Assembly: GCA_951406725.2 (NCBI GenBank)
Contig: OX597828.1
Location: 5,146,001-5,210,000 of the forward strand
DNA from: Octopus vulgaris
Taxonomy: Eukaryota
Reading direction: 5' to 3'
Length of the DNA stretch: 64,000 nt
Part shown: piece after piece, positions 1-14,194 of the stretch
How the letters are laid out: the number at the start of each line of letters is the position of its first letter
Numbering within the stretch: the stretch's first letter is position 1
Notes under the pieces: generated by a model
What the model was told of the DNA's origin: nothing
What the model saw: the letters and a program-made list of their open reading frames with translations, nothing else
Databases searched by the model: none
Program-made: the position numbers and the translations under genes

Positions 1-37
1 AACGAAACTAATTAAATCTAGATGCCGTTGGGATGGC

Positions 38-870
38 GTCTCAACCGTTTCGAGCAACAGCTTTCTTCAGGTTTGCGATGAAATAGAAAGAAAAGGAAGA
101 TACAAGTATTTTTTTTTTGATCCTGTGGATTATCTCTTTTGACAGCTACTTAGAGAACACGAAACAGCTGAAGACTGAAAGCGTAGACAGGAAATAGTAG
201 TGGGTAAATGATAAAGCAGAAATTACTATATTTACAAAGAAAGAGAAACATTTTTTTTAAAACACAACGGTGGCATGATCCCAAGGTGGCATGATTCTTA
301 CGCTTCCTTGAGCGGACCAATCAAGTGCAGAGATACAGTGGTTAATGTATAGCCAGTCGTGTTGAAGTTGGTGATGACAAGTAGACCTGTCATATGTTGA
401 AGTTTACAAGGAATGTTTTCTCGAAAGCATTCAGGCGGCCTATTAATGTATACTGAGGTCGCTAGAAGCCTAGCATAAATTTTGTGAGACGTAGGGCAAC
501 TTATAGCTGCAGTGCTGTAACTACGTGTTGTAACTACAACGATCCAACTTTTAAATCCTTGATTACGTAATTTAAGTAGGTGGTAGCCATGAAGGCTATT
601 CGAAGTTTCTCTGATTCTTTACAAGAAGAAATGATACAGGAGACACAATGCTGATGAAGATGCTTTCGGATAGAGTTTAGAATTAAATCTGTAAGTATCA
701 GGAATGCGGATAGTGTAGGAGAGAAGTGTCACTGAGTGGCATGAGGGACTGCAAAATTTTCACATTCTAATAAGAAATCGAAATCGATGATTGCGAATCG
801 TATAATGGTTTCAGTGTGCTTGAGGTGAGAGGAAATAGTGGAGCTGCAGTAAGAGACGGTGAATTTCTAA
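38..870 (-). mobile_element. Degraded Penelope-like element 3' region with decayed hammerhead motif
   Basis: Minus strand gives broken peptides resembling a PLE GIY-YIG C-terminus (NFNTTGYT, LGIMPP). Downstream at 38-72 the minus strand reads CTGAAGA-AAGC-TGTT-GCTC-GAAAC. Confidence 0.45.
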
Positions 871-986
871 TGGCTGAAGGTGGCTATTAGATATTGTAGT
901 GTGGTGATATCAACAACTGCAAAGATGGTTATACATACACATGCCTTTGCATGTGTACATGTATTTATGTATGTATATGTAGAAAT

Positions 987-987
<1 letters not shown>

Positions 988-1064
<77 letters not shown>

Positions 1065-1073
1065 TTATATATA
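988..1073. repeat. (CA)n(TA)n microsatellite
   Basis: Directly visible dinucleotide runs. Confidence 0.95.
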
Positions 1074-1677
1074 TCCATACAAATTAATACACATATACGT
1101 CATTAAAACTCTATTGGGAAATATTTTCTTAAAACCCCAAGCGGTAGTAAACTAATTGAAAGCAAGCATTACGTTCCGTTCCGAATTACTTCAATTATAC
1201 CTGAAGTCGGTTTTACAGGCAGGTAGGGTTCGTAGAGGCATGGAATGAATGAAGTTTTTATGATTCCGACACACTACGTTTAGCAACCGAGCACTTCATT
1301 TCACTTTATGAGTTTTGGACGCGGTTGAATTTTCTGTAAACGAACTCAATAGATTATGAATAAATCCACCATACTTTCTTCAATACATACATACATACAT
1401 TCATACATACATACATACTGTTGTGTGGAAGTAGAATACCCCTATTTGGTTGGCTCCTAATGGACTGTGCCACAATATAAATGGACATGCGTAGAAAGTG
1501 TGGGGAGAGAAGCGCCTCACAATTTTGGGGGATTGTTCCACATTGTTATTATATATTTTTGTAGGTCTCCCCGCGCGGATAAATCAAGATTCATTAAATT
1601 GTTAAATTCTTGGATTACTAAAGTGTTGAATTCTGTCGCTGTTTTTGCCTGTTTTGGAGATAATTTCTTTCCCAGTT

Positions 1678-3007
1678 ATGGGTGAATTGGTGAAAGGAGG
1701 TGAAATGGAGCGTGTCGCAAGTTATCTATCCACAACTACACAATGTATTACGACGAACACCTTTGAAGTTCGTGAGATAAAAACAGACACAAAGGAATGG
1801 AAAAAAGGAAACACACTGTTACAAAAGGAAGGGGCCAGGTTAAAGCTGAACCAACCAGAAGAAGTGACGAAGAATGTAGCAAGGAAAACTGTTATGTACA
1901 GGACGTTATCAAACGCTACCAAAGAAATAGAGATTGTCCCAATAGAGGCAATTGAGGAATGTCTACGTGAAAGGACTGTCCACATTCTATACAAGTGGAA
2001 GAAAATACGATACCGTAGATGTTAGGTTCTCCAGTGAGGAGGACGCTATTAACCACTCCATTGAGTCGATAAGAGTGCCCCCGAGATCGAAGAGGCATGC
2101 ATGGTGGAAGCAGTCATGCACGGAATGGAGAAAGGTGCAAGGATTCTGAAGATAACCAGAACGAAGAAAGTTAATTGCTGGTGCTACGACCTAGAAATGT
2201 CAATTCAAGTTGGGCTAAAAGACCTACACGGAATTGTAGAAGAGATTCTTCTACCAGAAGATATTACGCTAAGAGTGGTGGTGAAGGTTAGATCACCAAT
2301 ATGTTTTTTTGTGTGGAGTAAGGGGACACATGAAGGCCAAGTGTCCCCAGAAACACGAGGAGGAAATAACAGAAAAAAATTCAAGAAGAAGAGAGTACAA
2401 CCATATAGGAGGAAATGGAGGAGCAATTTACGGTGGTCAAAAGAAAAATGGACTTAGAATCACCACAAAAATGCCCCAAGGAGAAAAGAGAAAGACAAAG
2501 GAAGACGAGAACAAGAAAGAAAAGAGAAAAAATGGAAAATCAAATGAAAAAATCAAGTGAAGTGCGAACGCACGAAGCGTCGCCTTCAACTAGCATGGAA
2601 CAAAGAGTACGAAAGAAGAAAGGAAACGAAAGAGACAGCGAAGTAGAGACGGAGATAATTGAGACGGACGAAGAGAGTGGTGAAGGATATCAGAGAATGA
2701 TGCCTAGAGGGAGAAACTTAAGAAACCTCATAATATATGAAAAAAGTGTCGAAATTGAAAAGAGAGTAACAAAAATGAAATATGTTATCAGAGTAAAAAT
2801 GGCAAATCTTGAAGGTAAGAAGGGCGTGCTGTTGGAGAGAGAAAGAGGGGAGTGGTTAGGAGAACTATTTGGAAAAAAAAAGAGTTGAAATATCACCACT
2901 TCAGTTTAGATACGACGAGCTGCCGCTTGTAATTTTTTACGATATAGTACAGTATTCGTTGTAATTTTGTGTTAAATAAAAAGATACAAGACTGTAATTA
3001 AAAAAAA
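1678..3007 (+). pseudogene. Frameshifted LINE ORF1/gag-like retrocopy with CCHC zinc knuckle and polyA end
   Basis: Overlapping ORF fragments from ATG 1678 to 2888. Removing one T from the T-run at 2304-2310 restores CFLCGVRGHMKAKCP (CX2CX4HX4C). A Lys/Glu/Arg-rich tail follows, then AATAAA near 2975 and an A-run at 3000-3007. Confidence 0.65.
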
Positions 3008-4573
3008 CCCAGTAAAATGAAACTACTTGCTTTGTGGGGGAAAGTAAGTAATTTCATTCTCATTTTCATCATATTCATAATACATCCGATATGTATTTAT
3101 ATGAACCCCAATGTCTTATTTTGTCTGTCCTCGTGGTGTCCCCTCTTTACAAAGGCTATGTGCCTAAATAGAAGAAATAGAGCTGTGTAAAGCCGGTTGC
3201 GTATTGTCGAGTGCAAATTCAAATATTGTGTATCTTGAGTAGAACGATTTGCGAGAAAGTTATTTATCATGCCGTTATATCGTACGTGGAACGTGCGATA
3301 CAACGCACACATACATACGTGTGTGTGTGTGCGAATTTAAACAGGTTTCATTGGTTTACAAGTAGATCACACCAAATCAATTATCATCAATAGAACAAAA
3401 TCCTTTTTAACTTAGGCACACTGGTTTAATCGCTCTGTGTACTTCATTGATAATATGATTTATCAACAAGGGATGAATTGTATGTCTGCTTTGATGAGGA
3501 TAAATGTCAGCTGAAAAAGAAACAAAATGTGAATTCACAAGTAAGTATGTCTAGCATTGTACTGATTCTACAAATCCATCGCCTTGATATATAACACTTA
3601 TTTAAACTTCTACTTAATACACATCGCACGGTCACCAGTATCTTCTAACAATTTACAAGGTAGTATAATTAACAGTAAAGAAAAAATAGCTTGTATTACA
3701 CAATCTACGTATCCTGCCTGTTATATTTCGAAGAAAAATATGTACGGGAAACTCACCTCAAGTAGTTTCTTTCTTTTCTGAAACCCTATCTTTCTTTACC
3801 AAACGAACAAAATAATGCTGGCTAAGTTGACGGGCTATTAATTCAATTCATGAGCATGTTGAAATAAATATTAAAAGTACTTGATATATATCACAATTAT
3901 ATCCATCATTTTATATCTTTCTTAATAATTAACAGCTAGACAAAATTTAAATAACGAGTAATTAACGGTTTTGAATATGATCAATTATGTATAAAAAGTA
4001 ATAGCAAAAATGTCTTAAATGCACTTCTAGACAATAATACACATACCATTTTAGAGATTGTTAAGAGGCTGTCAAGATATTAAAAGATAAATTGATGTTT
4101 TAACTATAAGATTGCCTTAAGGTATGAACATTTGTCAGATGATTTACGCAGAAAGAAAAGATGACAAAACGAAAATTCAATGAATAATTTGGAAACTAAC
4201 ACACAGAAAAGAAAAAAAAGAAGTAATGAGGAAAACAAAAGTCATGCAACTCAGACAAAAGCATAACACATCAAGATTTACGTGAATTCATAGGCAATAT
4301 TCAAAAATATATGTCAAAGCTAACAATTGGTAGAATATTTCATGCTGTTTCAAACTATATCACATTACTTATGCAATTATATTCTTCAACCACAGTCTAG
4401 TATATAAGTTAATTGATACCAGTATTTTTGGGTTTGTTTTTGAAAGTTTGAAGCCTGTGTTTTTCTTTTGTTTTTTGTAAATAAAATCATAGTCAATGGT
4501 AGGATTTCAAACTATCTCTTAAAAGGATAGTTTTAGCCGCCTAAAATCTTTTCCTTTCTTACAAACTTAAGTA

Positions 4574-5861
4574 TTGGCTCATCCCATAAATAATGCGGTT
4601 TTTTAAATTGCATGAGACAAAAAATCGGAGGGGGGACTGGATAAATTACCTTCTTTAACATGCTACAAAAGCAGGTAGTAATTATATCTTCTCTTTATTC
4701 TTAGTGCAAAGTTTGAAGATTGCAGTTCGATTTTAACAGTTATTTGTTTCAAAGCTATAATGGAAGTGAGAAAGGAGTATATTCGGCATATTTTGCTTTA
4801 TGAGTTCAATAAAGGCAACAACGCAACGGAAAGTGCGAGGAATATCAATGTAGTATATATGGGAATTGGACAATAAGCGTAAGCTAGTGTCAACGGTTGT
4901 TCCAGAAATTCCGACCGGGAAACTACAGCCTAGAAGATCAACCTCATTCTGGAAGATCTGTAGAGCTCGACGAGGACCTCTTGCAAACCCTATTAGAAGA
5001 AAATTTCATCGTAACTGTTGAGAAACTAGCAGAGGAGATTGAATTTAGCCATTCAACCATTCATCGATACGAGCGTGCCATCGGAGAAGTCAGCAAATTG
5101 GGTCAGTGGGTTACCCGCAAACGTCCCGAGACTAAACACATGCAGAGAATGAATGTCTGCCCTAATTCACTTTCATGTCTCACGAATGAAACATTTTTGG
5201 ACCGAAAGTGACTGGTGACGAGAAATTGGTTCTCTATAAAAATGTCAAGCGCCGAAAACAGTGGGTAGGGAAAAAGAGACAGTGGGTAAGCACACCCAGG
5301 TTAAAGAAGGTCTTCACCTACGTAAGGTGTTGATATCTGTTAGGTGGGATATGAAAGGTTTAGTCCACTTTGAACTTTTCAATCCAAACCAAAAGATAAC
5401 AAAGAATATCTACTGCGAACGCTTAAGTCAGCGCTAGAAGTAAAACAATCATCTTTGGCTTCAAGACGAAAAGTGATCTTCCATCAGAATAATGCTCAGC
5501 CACATACAGTGAGGAAAATAATCCAAAGGCTGGAGCAATTTGAGTGAGAAATGATGCCCCACTCATCCGTATTCGCCAGACGTTTCTCCATCGGATTATC
5601 ATTTATTCCGGAGTTTTCACAATCATTTGGATGGAAAAATATGAATTCTGTAGACGAAGTCAGAACAGAACTGGACGAGTATTTTTCGTTACGGACAAGT
5701 GATATTTTGGAAGGGGCGGGGGCCTTGCAAGTGTACCAGATAAATGGGAGAGCATTTTTAAAAATGGAGAGTATATTTTAGATTAAACAAGAACTTTGTT
5801 TATCTTAATTTGAAAAATAAAATAAATAAAAAAGAACAGCATCATTTATAGGATGAGCCAA
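4574..5861 (+). mobile_element. Full-length (1288 bp) mariner transposon, transposase inactivated
   Basis: TIRs TTGGCTCATCCCATAAATAATGC and GCATCATTTATAGGATGAGCCAA, with TA on both sides. ATG 4760 gives MEVRKEYIRHILLYEF; motifs VTGDEK, FHQNNAQPH and PYSPDVSPSDYHL lie across frameshifts and stops. Confidence 0.95.
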
Positions 5862-6061
5862 TATTACCAGAAATATTTAAAGAGGAACATGTTTCCCCTG
5901 TAGAAAACACACTTTAGCATTATGTTCTATTTATAACTTCCAAAATATACCCGAATGAAATAATGCATTTGGTCATATTTTTTGCGTCACAAGTTATAAA
6001 AACGATATTCCATCAAAATATCATTTATATGAATACAGCAACGTGTGTAAGTGTGTGCGTG

Positions 6062-7193
6062 TAAATTGTCCTTGCACAGAGGCCATCCGGATTCCCGCTT
6101 GCGCCCTGAGCAGGGATTAATCTTCTCTCTTCGCTCTTTTACGCCATTTGGTCTCAACTCTCCTCTCCCCTTTTCATCTAACCTCCCCCCGACTCCTCTT
6201 CAGTCCTTCATCTTTTCACCCCTACTCTCTTTCCCTCCTCTTCCCTTCTTTCCCTTCTTTCCCTTCTTCCCTCTTCTTCTTTCTTCTTCCCTCTTCCCCT
6301 TCTCTCTTTCTCTCTGCTCCCTCACTCCTCTTCTCTCCCCTCCCCTCCCCCTCCTCTCCTCTCCTCCCCTTCTCATCTCCCTCTCACCTCCTCCTCTTCT
6401 CCCTTCCTTTCCTCTCCCCCTCCTTATCCTCTCCTTCCTTCTCCTCTCACTCCGCATCCCCTCCCTCACCCTCATCTCTCTCCCATCCCCTCCTCCTCCC
6501 CTTCACCTCTCCTCTCTCTTCTCTCCCTCTCTCACTCTCCCCACAACCCCCACTCTACCCCAAACCCCAGCCGAACCCACACCCCACATGGGCTTTCCCC
6601 ACTCTCACCCCCACCTCCCCACAACATCACACCATACGACATTACACATCACATCACAACACACCACCCACAGCACACCGCCCACATTACACATCACATC
6701 ACAACACACCACCCACTGCACACCGCCCATTTACCCATCCCCACATCTTTACACCTACACATACATACACATCTCATATCACAACACACCACAACACACC
6801 CATCCCCATATCTCCACACCCACACATACATATATACACACGTCCAGACCACCAGCCCTCTTTCACACGCACATACATACTCTCTTATACACACACGCAC
6901 CTTCATGTTGGGGCGAAGTCACTTGACCCTGTTATCTCCCCTACTACCCCTCTAGCGTCTAATGTCTGACCTCTGATCTCTGACTTCTGCCTGAAATCAG
7001 AACGCCATTTTAACCGTCAGCTCCTACACGCATTTTTTCTCTCTTTGTTTCTTTTCTGTGTATCTTTCTGTCGAAGAGCGTAGGCTTGAAACGTAAAAGA
7101 CTTGTTTTATTTCTATTCCTGAACGCCATACTAATACAATTGTTTGTTTGTACTCCACCTGCCTTCGTCTTTTGTTTATTTTCGTAAACCTTC

Positions 7194-7196
<3 letters not shown>
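6062..7196 (+). mobile_element. Penelope-like element 3' end: GIY-YIG tail, low-complexity UTR, terminal repeat with hammerhead variant
   Basis: Peptide RLRPEQGLIFSLRSFTPFGLN matches the PLE C-terminal E..LI..L....P.GLN pattern. CT-rich and CA-rich tracts follow, then an HHR-like motif at 7063-7100, ending at (TA)n. Confidence 0.65.
7063..7100 (+). ncRNA. Minimal type I hammerhead-like motif, A6U core variant
   Basis: TCTTT-CTGTCGA-A-GAGC-GTAG-GCTT-GAAAC-GT-A-AAAGA: stem I TCTTT/AAAGA, stem II GAGC/GCTT, palindromic ACGT stem III. Confidence 0.6.
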
Positions 7197-7259
<63 letters not shown>

Positions 7260-7343
7260 TAAGTATGTATGTATATATAAAAAAATTAACAGAATGAAAT
7301 AAAAATCCAAGGCTATTAAATATTTCAGAACATTTATAAATAT

Positions 7344-7391
7344 CTCTTACAGCTGCTTCCGGAATATTTTATATATCCTTTCATCGGAGAC
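7344..7391 (-). ncRNA. Decayed type I hammerhead motif (U4C core)
   Basis: Minus strand TCT-CCGATGA-AA-GGATAT...ATATTCC-GGAAGCAGCTGTA-AGA. The GAAAC box is mutated; the CAGCTG palindrome remains. Confidence 0.5.
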
Positions 7392-8081
7392 GGTGTTTAA
7401 GCAATAGTTATTCTAGATAAGATATGAAATAGAGAGTGAAGTGGAGAAAATAGACGTGAGATATGCAGTGATATTGTATCTGCAGTTCCATTATTTAGGC
7501 AGAATGGTATACATATAAGATTCCTGTAGCTTGTGAGTAAGTTCCAATTGTATTTAAAATTGGTCATTCCAAGCATAGAGTTTGTAAACGGTGTTATTGA
7601 ATCGAGGGTTTTTTTGAAGTGACTTAAAAGTTGGTAATGTGTTTGTAAGGTCAAATCAAAAACGTATATGTATGTGTGTGTGTGTGCGTGTAATATACGG
7701 TGTTCGCTCTATTCGTACCAAGTTGAACTAACATTCTCATAGCTTCACTGATAGAATAATGCAATGTCGAACTACTTTGCCATAGAGCCGCATCGTGACT
7801 ATCTATTTAGTTTATGTTCTCATACTTGACAGCCACAATGAATCCATCTATTATGCTTTACTTGTTTCAGTCAATTATCTGCAGTCATGTTGGGGTACCG
7901 CCTTGAAGGGTTTCAGTCGAACAGATCAACCTCTGAATATATATTAAGCCTAGTACCTATTATATGGATCTCTTGCCGAACCACTAAGTTACGGGGACAC
8001 CAGTTGTCAAACTGTAGGGGGTGGGGGTCAAACACGGGCTCAAATACACTCACACACAGAAGTATACATACGTATATGTAT

Positions 8082-8645
8082 AAACCATAGATTCTAGTCT
8101 TGCCAAGCTGAAGGTGAATGATTCGCTCCCTTACTCACTATTTATCGGACACATTTTCTGTTGTTGACCAGTTGCAAAAGATGTTTTTCTCGGGTTAAAA
8201 TGTAGTAACATAGTTCTTTTTAGAACAGCCATGATATAGTGGAAAAAAAAGTTACCGTCTAGTAGCATTACTACTTATATCTCGTTTAGAGACTTTGTAA
8301 ATAGCTACTTTGCTCGTTAGGGGATCAGCGGCTGTCTGCTTCCTCTGTGTTTATATATTGTGGTTGACTGCCATCTGTAGTCGGTAGATATCCATTACCG
8401 ATGAAGCGTAAAGACCCAGAAACCATTGTCTACTGGTCTTGCAAATCTAGAGGGGAGTGATTTGCTCCTCTACTCATACACAAGCTGTGTGTCGTTGACC
8501 AGCTGGAAAAGACGATTTCCTGGGGTACAAATGTAGCAACATAGTTCTTTATAGAACCGCCATTTTATAGTGGCATAAAAACATTACCGTCTAGTATTGT
8601 TACTTATATCTCGTTTCAAGATTTTAGAACTAGCTACTTTTCTCT
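8082..8645 (+). repeat. Diverged tandem repeat (about 340 bp period) with hammerhead at the unit junction, Penelope terminal repeat-like
   Basis: 8095-8315 aligns with 8433-8645 (GTCTTGC, TTGACCAG, AAATGTAG.AACATAGTTCTTT, TTACCGTCTAGTA, TAGCTACTTT). HHR at 8392-8436: CCATTA-CCGATGA...GAAACCATTGTC-TACTGG. Confidence 0.7.
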
Positions 8646-8799
8646 CGGACAATTATGGTCCCTGTTATTGTATATGTTTTCATTCCTGTGCATTAACAGC
8701 ATTAGAGCATTTCAGCTCTTATTTCTAGTAATTTAGGTATTTTTAACACCTTAAATGCAGAATTAGGTACTTAAGTTGAGACACCAGATTTCAGTACGG

Positions 8800-9790
8800 T
8801 ATTATCCTTACAATAAGGTGATTAAAATCAAAATAAGCAACAAGAATATCCAGAGGTAATGCAGTACAATCGTTTCCAGTAACTCCATTTAATTGAACAA
8901 TGCAACCATTACATCAATTCAAATGCAGAACAATCCTTAGCTATATAAAGATATAGAATTAAATTAAATTAACACAGATGGATATATTACTATAATTTTA
9001 CATAAAACCTCCAAGAATTTAAGGAGATAGACAAAGAACATACTGTCTCCAATTCAGGTTAGGCGCTACTAAGGTATCAGGAAGCAAGACTCGTTATAAA
9101 TCTAGCTTGTCACTGTATTTTGGGGTCAGTTTTAATTTATAGTCTTGTTTATCAAATCTTTGTCTTTCAAATCTAAGGCCAAAGACCAAGGAGCAGTGTC
9201 TGTTAGGAAGGGTTTAAGGAAGTCAACAGAAATCCAATAGGTATCAAGATTAATTTGAAGCAATATAATGAGAATTAGTAAAGGAAATCTTAAAACAAGA
9301 TGTTAGCTGACAATTAAAGGGGGAAGCCACTAGCAGACCATTGATAACGATACAGGCGAAATTTTATCATGGGGTACCATAGTTAAATACTTTAAACAAT
9401 ATTGCCATATTGTATAAATTTAAAATTTAGGGTTATTCAGAAGGTTATTAAGAAGAATATCATAACAAAGGGATAAAATTTTTTGAATACTTTTGAGTAT
9501 ATACCAAATTTTAGCACAATAGGGGAAGGCAAAGAAATTACATAGAAATAGTTTAATATTTATACATATTATATACTGAAATACTAACTTATTAGATGGT
9601 ATCTGTGAAGATTGATCATTGGTATTCATACTTAGCTTCTATAAAACAACACCGGTATCCTCACTACTTAAAATAAACTGCTTAGATTATAATTTAATAG
9701 ATATTTAGTTAGCATGTTCCTTTGCCTCAGTACTCCTATATTAATTACCAATAGATACCAATGGTCAATATTCACAGATACAATCTAATA
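8800..9790 (-). mobile_element. Highly degraded Penelope-like RT remnant
   Basis: Broken minus-strand similarity to the G..MGSP..ANI region at 9300-9345. The 3' half of an HHR (GCTG...CAGCCGAAACGTT) lies adjacent at 9827-9856. Confidence 0.35.
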
Positions 9791-9865
9791 GGTTAGTATT
9801 TAAGTATATAATATGTTTGTTGTTAACACAACGTTTCGGCTGATATACCCTCCAGCGCCTTTTTC

Positions 9866-9957
9866 TTCTTATTATTATTATTCAAGTCACTGCCTGGAAT
9901 CGAATTCGGAGTCTTGGGAGTTAGTAGTAGCCCGCGCTCTTAACCACTACGCCATAT
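9866..9957 (-). mobile_element. Short tRNA-derived SINE with (TAA)n tail
   Basis: Minus strand GGCGTAGTGGTTAAGAGCGCGGGC (A box) ... AATTCGATTCC (B box-like), then AATAATAATAAT. Confidence 0.65.
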
Positions 9958-11427
9958 GAGGACAAATATCCGTCAAATGTAGATAATGTAAATTATGTTC
10001 TTTGATCCTGTTTTCTCTTTGATTTGCTGTCACCGGGATATGCTATGTCGATCCTCTTCCTCCTCCTCCCGCCTCCTCATCATCATCAGCATCAGCATCA
10101 TTGGTGTCGCTTTTCTTTTGTTATAATGTAGTTTATTCTGCATTTGGTTAAATTTCACATAAAAAAAATTATCTTTAATATTCTTAACGGCACATTTCTT
10201 ATAATGATAATAATTGGGAAAATTTCTATGCTTTCTCTTTCACTCAAATTTAATGACGTAAAAAAGTTAGAATGTTTCTCTTTAGAAAGGAAGTCTAACT
10301 TATTATGAAACACAAAACCTATCTGCCCACTTAAAATAATTGTTACAACTGCTTTTATTCTTGATTATTGCTGATCTCTAATACTAGTCGACGGAGTTAC
10401 AATGATACCCAAGTGTAAGTGGTTCACTTGAAAATTGAAAATGGCTTGTAGAACTGCAATCATTGGAAATGTACTTTTTACACTACTCCGAAAACGCAAA
10501 GTACTTAACCTGGTATCAGGAAACTGCAATAAAATTATTTTATTTTATTAAAGTTGTTGAGTTGTGGTTTTCATGTTTTCCAATAGGTATTATCCGTGTA
10601 TAGGCAGTCAAATATATTTTAAAAAAGAAAGCATTCTGGGTAAATTTCATTGAATAAGGAAATTCGCCAGGGGTTATATTATTTACTACGATATTCACAG
10701 TTTTACTTCAGGTTGGCACAGATACAATACACACAGGAAGAAAAAAATATTAAACTTTACTGTGAGTACTTAAACCCTCTATATTCAATTGTTCAACAAT
10801 TGCAGAATCCAATGCTGTATTTGAATGCACCTGGTCGATAGAAGAAGTGCCATTAAATACAGTGGAATCTATTTAACTGAATATACTTATACAGATACGA
10901 CAGTTGGTCTGGTGCCTAAGAAAACAAAAAGAATATTGATATATTTTAAATCCATAAACGGTTAACCAATTGGACGGTGAGATCGTTACATTTTGGAAAG
11001 AAAGCAAAGTTAAAAGCAATTGAAAACTTATATAGAAGAAAATGTTATAGTTAAAGGTATTACATAACTTCTATAGAAATATTGAAAAAATACATAGACA
11101 GTTTCCATCATGCAATTTGCATATCTCGTGCATGACTTTCCCTTTGATGGCCAATTTTATTCACCAATTCTAGAGATCTCCTTACACCAATAAATTTATC
11201 TAACATTCAGACTGAGAGTCTGTTGCAAATGGCTCCAGCACAACTAGTTTCGTGCTGTAGCAAGTAATGCATTACGCTTGAGGATTATAATGACTTGCAT
11301 GGAGACCTGAGGAAATGGTTTCCACGAGATCAATTAAACATTTATAATGAAATTATGCATGCCCTAGCTTTCTTCCAAATGATTCATCTACATATGTATA
11401 TGATTCTGCGTGAGCATGTGCGTGTCT

Positions 11428-12306
<879 letters not shown>

Positions 12307-12315
12307 AGAGAAAGA

Positions 12316-12390
<75 letters not shown>

Positions 12391-13583
12391 CACACAAACA
12401 CATACACACACACATATACGTAAATGCTGAACGAGTAAATGAGTGATCAACACCGCATTGGTGATTATATAATTTCTTTTGTGAAACACCGCAGGCACAC
12501 ACACGCTCACACACATATAAAGACACACGCATATATTTTTATACATATTTATATACAAAAGAACTTGGCTTTACTTCAGAGCGTTGAACAAAGAGAAAGA
12601 CACACACACACACATATTCATGGATATATATATTTCTATGTAAGTATATATATTATAAAGAGAGAGAAAGAGAGAGAGCTTGATAAATAGATAGATTTTC
12701 ATATAAATGCATGTCTGTATATTTGTATACATACTTTTGTATACATGAAAATATACGATTGACAATGAATAATTGAAAATTCTATTAGTATACATTTGAC
12801 GAAGTTATTTGAATAGACATTGTATCACATGATTCAAATATAAAAAGAATCATTATTTGTGATTTGTATATTATTGCAAACTTGTTGCGTATATTCGTTA
12901 TATCAAATATATGAAATGGTTCATCAAATTACCTCTGACTTCCACAAAATGTTGTTATGAGCGTTCCAAGTTTTAGCGAACAAAAATCGTTATCATAAAT
13001 GCCTACACTGTTTATAATATATATTTGAATACACGCGCACAATGCATCCACAAATAAAACCACTAAATTTAATAGCTATGAACTCACACGTGGCTTACCA
13101 ACAAAACTACCTCCCCACTTTGGTATCGAATACTTTACACCCTTTTTATCCGTACTTGTATTCTTAGATATACATACGCAGCTGAATTATGTTAGTCATC
13201 TTATGTTGAACTTTGAATAATTTTACAACTTTAGAATATAGAATGTTCATAAGAAATCAAAGAAACGCAAATGAAATGGTATATGACCCGTTCAAAGCCT
13301 ACTTACAAATGAATGTGTTAACATCACCGTATGTACTTATAAACTTTAGTAATTTGTCCTCACACTTCATCATTAATTAGCAGAAATAATTTTCTTCGTT
13401 GAACACACATTTACGTCAGTGCATTAACGTCAACACATATGATATTATACAAACACACACACCCGTACACACCCGCACGCACACACACACACATAGGTAT
13501 ATATACATATATAATGCTTACATATAAAGTCTCTCTTGTCCTTATATGTATGTATATATTATTATTATTATTATCATTATTAT

Positions 13584-14082
13584 TGAGTGAGAGAGCCATC
13601 AAAGTGACACTGGGGTAAAATATACGAAGCCCAATATACCCATCATGACTACCCGTCTGATAAGGGTACACCAGGCACATGCATCACAACCATATGTGCG
13701 CGACATGGTGATCTCATATCAAGATAAACAGCACATGACCTTGCAGGTGGCGCCCAGTTAGAATTTTCTTCAGGTTGAGTAGCCCATCCTGCTCAAAAGG
13801 TCCCTGATTAAGGGTTGTTTAAGGATGTTGAAAGAACCACCCATGTTTCCAAAGGTGAATTATTCAAACCCCAAAGAATCCCTCTCAACACATGGCTATG
13901 ATGCTCCCCCACTACTTCTGCTCGTGATCAGAGATGTACATATCGTCAGCCACTAAGGGACATGCTCAACTGGTTAAAGTCAAACAACTGACAAGCAAAT
14001 CTGTGGTATTGAGCAGAATATTTGCTGTAGCCCATCTTTTATACCAAGACAAAACAATGTACATGATAACACTTCCATGATA
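13584..14082. mobile_element. Interspersed repeat embedded in (ATT)n microsatellite (family C)
   Basis: Homologous to 33695-33790 and 35370-35812; flanked on both sides by ATT runs. Confidence 0.75.
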
Positions 14083-14092
14083 ACACTTATTA

Positions 14093-14141
<49 letters not shown>

Positions 14142-14194
14142 AAGTCTTATTATGCCTGACGAAACAAAAACACTGCATGAAAGTACAGTATGAA

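Noticed and set aside
6051-6969. 291 and 273 aa Pro/Ser/Leu-rich ORFs
   Set aside because: They arise from CT-rich and CA-rich low-complexity DNA; only the first 35 or so residues look transposon-derived.
9885-9957. Possible tRNA gene
   Set aside because: No convincing acceptor or anticodon stem, and it has a simple-repeat tail; treated as a SINE.
10400-11380. Possible decayed LTR pol/integrase remnant
   Set aside because: Only a faint resemblance (KKYIDS...); no catalytic motifs or LTRs found.
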